From positions 1 to 44,636 of the IMG/VR virus record IMGVR_UViG_3300048851_000238: DNA of 44,636 nt; one strand, given 5' to 3'. The notes under the pieces are model-generated. The model made no database searches and was not told where the DNA came from. It saw only the letters and a program-made list of their open reading frames with translations. Origin of the DNA: a virus. Lineage: Duplodnaviria > Caudoviricetes. A program made the position numbers and the translations under genes. Shown in pieces: positions 37,839-44,636 of this stretch. Numbering within the stretch: position 1 is the first letter of the stretch; the number at the start of each line of letters is the position of its first letter.

Positions 37839-38603
37839 ATGACGATGAGCACACCAACCATTGCACAGATCATCACTGAAGCTCGCGAGCGTCTTGGCCT
37901 CAATCAGTCCGAGCTGGCGCGCAGGCTTTCAATTACCCCGCAGTCAGTACAGGCATGGGAATCAGGTCGCTCAGTACCGCGACCTGCCAAGTTTCAAGCG
38001 ATAGCCCGCGCACTTGGCATTCGTGGCGAGGCGTTGCTCAAGGCAAGCGGGATGATGAGCGTCAAGAACGTATCAGAATTTCTTGCCATTTTCGGCGACG
38101 AAGATCAGCAAGAACTTGCTGAACCTTTGCTTTCACATCCGCAGGGGCTGACGGAAGCGCCGCATTTGAATGATGATGTATTTGCCCCGCTTCTTCAGGA
38201 GGTAGAGCTCTCCGCGGCGCCAGGTAAATTTGCTATTGAAGAGGATTCAGTCTCAAGGCATCGCTTTTCCAAGGGAGACCTTCGCGCCAAAGGTATCGAG
38301 TTTGGCAATGCTAAATTCGTTATCGTCAGTGGCAGCAGTATGCTACCCGTGCTCAGAGACGGTGCGATCGCGGGCGTAAATGCCGGAAAAAATCAGCTCA
38401 CGGACGTCGTTGACGGTGAGATGTACGCCATCAGCCACAACGGTCAGCTTCGCATAAAGCAGGTTTTTCGGCTTCCAGGCGGGCTGAGGCTACGAAGTTT
38501 CAATCGAAATGACCATCCGGATGAAGACTATTCCTTCATACAGCTACAGGACGAGCAGATTAGAATATTGGGACACGTCTTCTGGTGGGGGATGTTTGCC
38601 TAG
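37839..38603 (+). CDS. cI: CI-like repressor (XRE HTH + S24 peptidase domain)
   Basis: LNQSELAR.L.ITPQSVQAWESG; VSGSSM.P (Ser); LRIKQ (Lys); ILGHVFW. Confidence 0.92.
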   Translation: MTMSTPTIAQIITEARERLGLNQSELARRLSITPQSVQAWESGRSVPRPAKFQAIARALGIRGEALLKASGMMSVKNVSEFLAIFGDEDQQELAEPLLSHPQGLTEAPHLNDDVFAPLLQEVELSAAPGKFAIEEDSVSRHRFSKGDLRAKGIEFGNAKFVIVSGSSMLPVLRDGAIAGVNAGKNQLTDVVDGEMYAISHNGQLRIKQVFRLPGGLRLRSFNRNDHPDEDYSFIQLQDEQIRILGHVFWWGMFA

Positions 38604-38650
38604 CAAGCTGTGACTATGCCGCCGTGTTGCGGCTTTTTTACGCTCGCAAT

Positions 38651-38687
38651 TACAAATATTGTTTGCAATTACAAATTCAAGGTTGTA
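38651..38687. promoter_or_regulatory. OL-like operators
   Basis: TACAAATATTGTTTGCA (38651-38667) and TACAAATTCAAGGTTGTA (38670-38687, N8), same motif as OR. Confidence 0.7.
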
Positions 38688-38723
38688 GATTCACCTCATC
38701 GAAACCTACACGGAGTAGCACTT

Positions 38724-39038
38724 ATGATCACCGCAACCTTTGGGGCATCAACCTGGACAGGCTTTCTCGGCAAGGATCTGGCCCCGCGCGAACTAGAAGC
38801 CACCCTGCTGGCTGCTGGCGATCTAACCATCAAAGAAATTGCCCGTCGCATGGAGGCCAGCCCACGCACCGTTGAAAAACGTCTTGAATCTGCCCGCTTC
38901 AAATTGGGTTCCAGGACCATGCGAGGCTTAGTCACAGAGGCCCTTCGTCGCGGCCTGATCTCCTTCTCTTTCGCGGCAAGCCAAGACCCACAACCCCAGC
39001 AGGATCACGACAACCACGCCGGCGTATTCATCGCATGA
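38724..39038 (+). CDS. LuxR-type HTH regulator
   Basis: LAPRELE......LT.KEIAR.M..SP.TV.KR......KLG; GGAG RBS. Confidence 0.8.
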   Translation: MITATFGASTWTGFLGKDLAPRELEATLLAAGDLTIKEIARRMEASPRTVEKRLESARFKLGSRTMRGLVTEALRRGLISFSFAASQDPQPQQDHDNHAGVFIA

Positions 39039-39170
39039 CCGCGTTCGCAGCGGCGTGCGCCTCCAGCGGGGACGCAGTCCGGTGCTCAGGCTGATCTGAC
39101 CCATAACCAATACCTGATTTTGCGAAAGCCACAAAACGCGGCGGGCCTTTGTTCGCCCTGGAGAAAGTGA

Positions 39171-39914
39171 ATGTCAGCAATTAATCAACAGCGCGTGACG
39201 GTGGTGCTCAAGCCCCGCCCAGACGAGGACTTGAGTGCCGCCCTCTCCTTCCTGACTCTGGGCTCAACCGTCCAGATCGGCCGTGCCGGTGCAGTTGTAG
39301 CTTCGGTCGGTGAAGGTGATCAGATGGAAGAGGTCGAGCGACTTCAGAACCAGTTGATCATCGCCGAGGCAGCAATGCGCCGCGGCACAATGATTCGTGA
39401 TCAAGACCACTGGCCAGCCTTGCGCCGAGTGATCGCGCACGTTCCAGTCCTCTATCTCGAAGTCGCTGACGCCATCAAGCAGCAAGCACTGGACGACGGA
39501 GACGATCTGGAGTCAGCCGAGGAAGCGGCGGGCCAGGCTATACGCGTACTGGTGACATTCAAGCAACGTCTGGAGGGGATGCTGGAGCCCGATCTGCTTT
39601 CGGTTGACAAAGACCATGTCAACCAAATTTCCAAAAAGTGCCAAAACGTCAACCGAACTACCGAGAAATCCTCTGTAGTTGCTGAAACACCGTATGCCCA
39701 GGTACGCGTCACCAACATCGATGAGTGGATCCGCACGGTTACCAACGCCCGTCGTTACGAATGGTTGCGCGACCATAACCGGGTTAAGGATGAAGATACC
39801 AACCTGGTGGTGGCGCGCGATCGGGACTGCTTCTATGGCCCACTGCTGGACCTCGAGGTGGACGAAGCGATGCGCCTTGAGCGCCTGCTGGAAAAACATG
39901 GTGAGCCAGTATGA
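39171..39914 (+). CDS. Hypothetical phage protein
   Basis: 247 aa; C-terminal NARRYEWLRD...LD..VD.AM motif common in phage early proteins. Confidence 0.7.
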   Translation: MSAINQQRVTVVLKPRPDEDLSAALSFLTLGSTVQIGRAGAVVASVGEGDQMEEVERLQNQLIIAEAAMRRGTMIRDQDHWPALRRVIAHVPVLYLEVADAIKQQALDDGDDLESAEEAAGQAIRVLVTFKQRLEGMLEPDLLSVDKDHVNQISKKCQNVNRTTEKSSVVAETPYAQVRVTNIDEWIRTVTNARRYEWLRDHNRVKDEDTNLVVARDRDCFYGPLLDLEVDEAMRLERLLEKHGEPV

Positions 39915-40234
39915 AGAGCACCCTCGTGTCAACCGCCCTCAGCTTGGCCATCAGCCTTTGCTTGCTCTTAGGCACCGAAACAGCAGCATCTTTCGCCTAC
40001 TACGTGTTGGTGTTTTTCACCTGCTTGTCAGTCTTGGGAATCTTTACTGGCGTAGTAAAGGGCGAATTAGCCGCACGCATCCGGCGCTACTCCTTCCTCA
40101 GCGGCCTCAGTACAGCGTTTCAGCTCTACGCGCTGATCGCTACCGGGCATCCGCTCCTGGCCGCCGCATCGTTCATCGTGTCGTTCTTCATCGTCGCGAT
40201 TGCCTTCGGAACAAAAGAGGTGAAGCCAGCATGA
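39911..40234 (+). CDS. Small membrane protein
   Basis: About four hydrophobic segments; ATGA-coupled. Confidence 0.7.
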   Translation: MKSTLVSTALSLAISLCLLLGTETAASFAYYVLVFFTCLSVLGIFTGVVKGELAARIRRYSFLSGLSTAFQLYALIATGHPLLAAASFIVSFFIVAIAFGTKEVKPA

Positions 40235-40434
40235 CCATCCACACTTCAGCTGGAACCCGAATCACCATCCGGAGCGACCTCGAAAAGCTTGGTGATCGCC
40301 TGATCCAGTTTGGCCAGGCATTGCAAAGCCCTGAAACAACCGTGCGCGAGTTGACCGCCTTGGCAAGTCGCTGCGGTATCGCGCTGAAGTTGCGGGCGGT
40401 GGCTGACAGCGGGGATCGTGACGATGAGCAATAA
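40231..40434 (+). CDS. Hypothetical phage protein
   Basis: MTIHTSAGTRIT...; GAGGTGA RBS; ATGA-coupled. Confidence 0.65.
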   Translation: MTIHTSAGTRITIRSDLEKLGDRLIQFGQALQSPETTVRELTALASRCGIALKLRAVADSGDRDDEQ

Positions 40435-41020
40435 CACCAAGCTGAAGATACTGTGCCAGCGGCTTACGGCGCAGCAATTCGAATCGATCCATGCGGCCGA
40501 GGTGGCGCTGGAGCAGTTCGAGAAGCTGACGACGCCGGCGATGGTGTTGGGGCTTCTGAATGACGAGGCTGGCTTTCGCCAAGGGGCAGACGCCGAGGCA
40601 CGGGCTGGCGATGAGGCGCGTGCAGAGGTTACCACGCTTCGTGCACAGCTCCAGGTTGCCGAAGCCGGTTTGAAATCGGCGATCAGCACTGCGCAGTGGC
40701 AGGCGCTTACCAATAAGGAAATGAATGCGGCCCGCGATGAATGTCGGGCGCTGGATAAGGAGGTCCGAAAGCTCAAGGCACGCGCTGAATACTGGAAGCA
40801 ACGCGCGAAGAGCGCCGAAGGGCATCTATTCGCCAGCGACATGCAGGCAGCCTGTGACGCGGTACATCGGACGACCAATTACGCCGACATCACGGCGGAA
40901 CAATTGACGGTGGCTCAGAAGGCCAGAATCAGCAGCGTGGTTATCACCGTTCTGGCAGCAGTGAATGCTCGCCGCGACGAGCGCCGGCCATGTGAAATCG
41001 CAGGGGTGATCCATGGCTAG
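40424..41020 (+). CDS. Ead/Ea22-like coiled-coil protein
   Basis: TP..VL.LL.DE motif followed by coiled coil. Confidence 0.6.
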   Translation: MSNNTKLKILCQRLTAQQFESIHAAEVALEQFEKLTTPAMVLGLLNDEAGFRQGADAEARAGDEARAEVTTLRAQLQVAEAGLKSAISTAQWQALTNKEMNAARDECRALDKEVRKLKARAEYWKQRAKSAEGHLFASDMQAACDAVHRTTNYADITAEQLTVAQKARISSVVITVLAAVNARRDERRPCEIAGVIHG

Positions 41021-41339
41021 GACAGTCATCCGGGTGCGCCTCGATGGTGTGGCGTTCTACCTGAACGAAGTGTCAGCGGGTGCTGGCAACAGCGGCAGCC
41101 GGTACGCCCTGAGTCGCACCAGCCAGCACAGCGGCACCAAAGACGGATGGGTGCGCGTGAACTCAACCGAGTGCAAGGCCCTTGCCGAACACGTAACCGA
41201 AGCCGATCTGTTTAAGGCTTGCTCTGATCTGTTCGCCAGCAAGAAGCTTCGCCCACACGTACACCACGGCGGTATTCGCGGCATGGCGGGAAAGTGGGAA
41301 GGCGAGGCATTCCCGGCTCGCGCCACGAAACGCGCATAA
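41013..41339 (+). CDS. Hypothetical phage protein
   Basis: GGGGTG RBS; 3' end overlaps palindrome copy 3. Confidence 0.65.
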   Translation: MARTVIRVRLDGVAFYLNEVSAGAGNSGSRYALSRTSQHSGTKDGWVRVNSTECKALAEHVTEADLFKACSDLFASKKLRPHVHHGGIRGMAGKWEGEAFPARATKRA

Positions 41340-41353
41340 CGAATTCGTGGCGC
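41320..41353. repeat. 34-bp palindrome, copy 3
   Basis: GCGCCACGAAACG-CGCATAAC-GAATTCGTGGCGC. Confidence 0.8.
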
Positions 41354-41363
41354 GAAAATATCG

Positions 41364-41409
41364 AACTGACACGTCAGTTTCGAAGATCAACAAAACCTGA
41401 CAAGTCAGG
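41364..41409. promoter_or_regulatory. Pair of CTGAC-N2-GTCAG palindromes upstream of xis
   Basis: AACTGACACGTCAGTT (41364-41379) and CCTGACAAGTCAGG (41396-41409). Confidence 0.55.
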
Positions 41410-41421
41410 AAGTGCGGTGAA

Positions 41422-41700
41422 GTGATGCGTTACGTGACCATCAGGAAGTTCGCCAGCGAGTCTGGCTACACGGAGGACGCGATCCGCTCAAAGATCCGTG
41501 ACGGTATCTGGCGGCTCGGGGTGATATGGAATAGAGCGCCGGACGGCCGGACGCTTATCGACGTGCAAGGATATGAATCATGGGTAGAGGCGGGAGGGGA
41601 GTTCGGGCGGTCTCCGATACGAGCATCGAAATCACGTTCATGTATCGGGGCGTCCGGTGCCGCGAGCGCATCACGCTCAAGCCCTCCCCCACTAATCTAA
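41422..41700 (+). CDS. xis: Excisionase-like protein
   Basis: RYVTI.KFA.ESGYTEDAIR.KI..G.W...APDGR.LID..GY..W; upstream of and overlapping int. Confidence 0.85.
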   Translation: MMRYVTIRKFASESGYTEDAIRSKIRDGIWRLGVIWNRAPDGRTLIDVQGYESWVEAGGEFGRSPIRASKSRSCIGASGAASASRSSPPPLI

Positions 41701-42770
41701 AGAAGGCAGAGCAACACAAGGCTGCAATCGAGCATGCGATATCGATCGGGACCTTCGACTACTCGGTGACTTTCCCTGGGTCACCCCGGGCTGCGAAGTT
41801 TGCGCCGGAGGCCAGTCGGGAAACGTTGAACGGGTTCCTGACCAGGTGGCTCGAAGCGAAACGAAAGCATATCGCGAGCAGCACGTTCGACGGCTACCGC
41901 AAGTTGGTGGAGCTGCGCCTGATCCCTGCCCTGGGCGACCACATGCTGGTCGATCTGAAGCGCAAGACCGTGCGCGACTGGCTGGACACGCTGCAGGTAG
42001 GCAACAAGACGCTGAGCAACATCCAGAGCTGTCTAAGATCAGCCCTCAACGATGCAGCGGAAGAAGAGTTAATCGACCTCAACCCGCTTGCGGGATGGAC
42101 CTACTCACGTAAAGAAGCGCCAGTCAAAGAAGATGACGTCGATCCATTCAGCCCTGAAGAACAGGAGGCGGTGCTGGGGGCCCTCTTCGGGCAGGCTCGA
42201 AACATGATGCAGTTCGCTCTTTGGACCGGGCTGCGTACAAGTGAGTTGGTTGCCCTGGACTGGGGCGACATCGACTGGTTGCGTGAAGAAGTAATGGTGA
42301 GTCGCGCCATGACTCAGGCAGCGAAGGGCCAGGCCGAAGCGACGAAGACCGCCGCGGGTCGTCGAAGCGTGAAACTGCTGCGCCCGGCTATGGAAGCGCT
42401 GAAGGCACAAAAAGAGCACACCTTCCTGGCCGATGCAGAGGTGTTCCAGAATCCTAGAACACTAGAACGCTGGGCGGGCGATGGTCCGATCAGGAAAACG
42501 ATGTGGGTGCCAGCCATGAAGAAGGCAGGGGTGCGGTACCGACGTCCCTACCAGACTCGCCACACTTACGCATCAATGATGCTTTCGGCTGGAGAGCACC
42601 CTATGTGGGTAGCAAAGCAAATGGGGCATACTGACTGGACGATGATAGCTCGTGTATACGGCCGGTGGATGCCAGTTAAAGAATACGACGCTGGATCGAA
42701 GGCGGAAGCCGCATGGTGGGATACCAGAGAGCCGATGCCACAGACTACGGGAAATACCAAAAGGAGTTAA
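41580..42770 (+). CDS. int: Tyrosine integrase with arm-binding domain
   Basis: SIEITF.YRGVRCRE arm domain; TGLRTSEL, YQTRHTYAS, QMGH and VYGRW catalytic motifs. Confidence 0.95.
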   Translation: MGRGGRGVRAVSDTSIEITFMYRGVRCRERITLKPSPTNLKKAEQHKAAIEHAISIGTFDYSVTFPGSPRAAKFAPEASRETLNGFLTRWLEAKRKHIASSTFDGYRKLVELRLIPALGDHMLVDLKRKTVRDWLDTLQVGNKTLSNIQSCLRSALNDAAEEELIDLNPLAGWTYSRKEAPVKEDDVDPFSPEEQEAVLGALFGQARNMMQFALWTGLRTSELVALDWGDIDWLREEVMVSRAMTQAAKGQAEATKTAAGRRSVKLLRPAMEALKAQKEHTFLADAEVFQNPRTLERWAGDGPIRKTMWVPAMKKAGVRYRRPYQTRHTYASMMLSAGEHPMWVAKQMGHTDWTMIARVYGRWMPVKEYDAGSKAEAAWWDTREPMPQTTGNTKRS

Positions 42771-42774
42771 CGAA

Positions 42775-43038
42775 ATGGCGTTGAAAATTTCTGTCCCTGG
42801 CCAAGCTGCCGACTCGGCTGCGCAACCGGAAGCTGAGACCACTCTGGATGATTTGATCTACGGCTATGTCAGTAGTATGGCAAGCAATCAGTTAAAGATG
42901 ATGTCTACGATGGGAGAGATGATGGAAGCTCTTAGGCTTCAGCGGATCAGAGCGGAGAATCTAGAAGCCGAACTTACGTCTATTCATCGTAATCTTAGAG
43001 ATATCGGTCGCGACGTTACTCACCTTCGCAACCGGTAA
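42775..43038 (+). CDS. Hypothetical coiled-coil protein between int and att
   Basis: AAGGAG RBS; 87 aa. Confidence 0.6.
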   Translation: MALKISVPGQAADSAAQPEAETTLDDLIYGYVSSMASNQLKMMSTMGEMMEALRLQRIRAENLEAELTSIHRNLRDIGRDVTHLRNR

Positions 43039-43047
43039 CATCTCGGA

Positions 43048-43123
43048 ATGACAGCTTTATGCCAGCCTTCAGGCTGAAAGCCCCGGCATATAAGGGTTGG
43101 ATGCGGGTTCAAATCCCCCCGGC
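43048..43123 (+). other. att site: arm-type repeats plus tmRNA 3'-end core fragment
   Basis: ATGACAGC/ATGCCAGC direct repeats (43048-43066); GGGTTCAAATCCCCCCGGC (43105-43123) matches my recollection of the Pseudomonas ssrA T-arm. Confidence 0.75.
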
Positions 43124-43137
43124 CCAAGAATCCAGAG

Positions 43138-43165
43138 AAAAGACGCCTTAGGGCGTCTTTTTTTT
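43138..43165 (+). terminator. Intrinsic terminator after the tmRNA fragment
   Basis: AAAAGACGCC-TTAG-GGCGTCTTTTTTTT. Confidence 0.85.
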
Positions 43166-43442
43166 GTGGCTGAAGCCTAGCAAATCAAGGCTCTGGGACT
43201 CGCTTGCATTGCACTTGACCAGACGTCTGTATTCAACCTGATCAATCATTGCATCGGATTTGATCAGCACGCTCAGTAACCATGCTCGGCAGAACGCTGT
43301 TCACTGCCGCTAGGAGCGACAGGCAATGGTCGGCCAAGAGGGGTCAGCCGCAACAGACTGAGTCGATCGAAAGCCATCGCTCAGTGCAACTGCTTAAACA
43401 GAGTTGGCGCAATGCTTAAATCCTGTATTCAGCCACAGCCAC

Positions 43443-43650
43443 TATTCGCGATCTCGCTTAGCAATGAAGGATCGGGTCGCTTGGATGGTCTCTACGGGCG
43501 CTTCTTCCATCAGCAATGCCCAGCATCTGAAACACCAGCTCTGTGACATTATTGGCAGCGTTGCGCATCACTACGGCTTCATTACTGCCGAATGATTTTT
43601 CACCACCAATGCCCAGCACTGGCATCATCAGCCGCGTCGCCATGGCCCCC
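43443..43650 (-). pseudogene. Alpha/beta-hydrolase C-terminal remnant
   Basis: LMMPVLGIGGEKSFG...VTELV, then the catalytic-His region (...GH.LMEEAP) continues in another frame; N-terminus missing. Confidence 0.6.
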
Positions 43651-43871
43651 TTGTTGTCGACACGAATCATGTATACATCCAAGGTGGCCTGAGAGAATTT
43701 CATTGGCCAATCAACTGTAGCTAAGCGTTGAAAAATCCTACGGATCAAAATCTAGTAGTCCCCACGCGGATACTCAGTAACTGTCGAGTTATCAACAACA
43801 AGCTGTTCGGTCAGGAGCTGGCGCTTCATTTGGCGGGTTCGCGGCGGCTGCCGCGAATCCGCATTAAACGC

Positions 43872-44636
43872 TCAAGTACGGGTGATGGACGCACCACCAT
43901 CAACAAGTGATGCTGTGCCCGTTACGAAAGCCGAATCATCAGACGCCAGGTACAACACTGAACGCGCAAGCTCCTCGGGGCTTGCTACGCGCTTCAGTGC
44001 ATGAAGGCCGGTGACAAATGCCTGCGACTCTGCGGTGTTATTCATGCTGCGATACATATCGGTATCGACTGCGCCGGGCAGAATGGCATTAACGCGAACC
44101 CCGTTCGGCCCGTATTCAGCGGCCAGCGCCTGGGTCAGACCGATCAACCCTGACTTGCTCGCGGCGTAGGCAGCAACACCCGGGAAGGCGAAGGTATGCC
44201 CGACAAAGGTCGAGGTGAAAATCACCGAACCTCCACCATTTTTGAGCATTTGTGCGATCTGATGTTTAGCACCTAGGAATGAGCCCGTCAGGTTGATCGC
44301 AACGGTATCGCTCCAGCCGGACTCAGACACCTCTGTCGAAGGACCACCCTCGCCCAACGTGCCGGCATTATTAAAAGCGATGTCGAGGCGGCCAAACCGT
44401 TCGACGGCCAGAGAAACCAAGGCTTTGGCGTACTCTTCTGAACGTACATCACCAACCAATGCAACAGCTTCGCCACCACTCGAACGGATTTGCGCAACCA
44501 ATTCGTCGAGTTCTTCTGCTCGCCGGGCACCGACGATAACTTTGCCCCCTTCACTGGCGAACAACTTAGCCGTAGCAAGCCCAATACCTGCACTGGCACC
44601 TGTAACGATGGCTACTTTTCCAGATATGCGTCCCAT
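43872..44636 (-). CDS. Short-chain dehydrogenase/reductase
   Basis: TGASAGIG, NNAG, YAASK, RVNAILPG, VDGG. Confidence 0.95.
   Translation of the reverse strand: MGRISGKVAIVTGASAGIGLATAKLFASEGGKVIVGARRAEELDELVAQIRSSGGEAVALVGDVRSEEYAKALVSLAVERFGRLDIAFNNAGTLGEGGPSTEVSESGWSDTVAINLTGSFLGAKHQIAQMLKNGGGSVIFTSTFVGHTFAFPGVAAYAASKSGLIGLTQALAAEYGPNGVRVNAILPGAVDTDMYRSMNNTAESQAFVTGLHALKRVASPEELARSVLYLASDDSAFVTGTASLVDGGASITRT

Larger units (their letters stand above)
1..43123. mobile_element. Lambdoid/HK97-like siphovirus prophage, probably integrated at the tmRNA 3' end; left end outside the window
   Basis: Complete ordered modules (int/xis, cI/cro, replication, Q, lysis, head, tail); tmRNA-like fragment after the integrase. 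Confidence 0.95.

Noticed and set aside
39679-40230. N-terminal part of the 251-aa ORF 39679-40434
   Set aside because: Overlaps two better-supported genes; only 40231-40434 has an RBS and coupling.
43099-43130. Complete tRNA or tmRNA gene
   Set aside because: Only a T-arm fragment is present; treated as an att remnant.

Overview
Most of the window (about 1-43,123) is a near-complete lambdoid/HK97-like siphovirus prophage, probably of a Pseudomonas host (inferred from gene families, terminator style and the tmRNA fragment). Its right boundary is a degenerate tmRNA (ssrA) 3'-end att fragment at about 43,105-43,123, just after a tyrosine integrase. The left att site and intact ssrA are not in the window. 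The minus strand carries cro, an early operon with an ORF6N antirepressor, the replication genes (initiator with iterons, DnaC-like loader, DnaB), Q, holin/Rz/Rz1, an atypical tRNA-Gly, HNH, terminase, portal, protease, HK97 capsid, head-tail and tail genes (with a G/GT frameshift), tape measure, lambda-like M/L/K/I/J, tail fibre and, at the far end, a putative endolysin. A class C group II intron sits between an intrinsic terminator and the endolysin ribosome-binding site. The plus strand carries cI, a LuxR-type HTH, early-left genes, xis and int. An AT-richer three-gene cassette at 1-2,038 (TIGR04255-like protein, 'DGWD' protein, ADP-ribosyltransferase-like protein) is the best candidate for an undescribed defence or toxin-antitoxin system. 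Other notable signals: three dispersed 34-bp palindromes (GCGCCAC-N20-GTGGCGC) with identical spacing; a highly structured late-leader RNA flanked by an 8-bp direct repeat; and a cI lacking the Ala-Gly cleavage bond, paired with two LexA boxes upstream of the antirepressor operon. Beyond the att site lie an alpha/beta-hydrolase remnant and an SDR gene. All family calls are by motif recognition and synteny; no database search was run.
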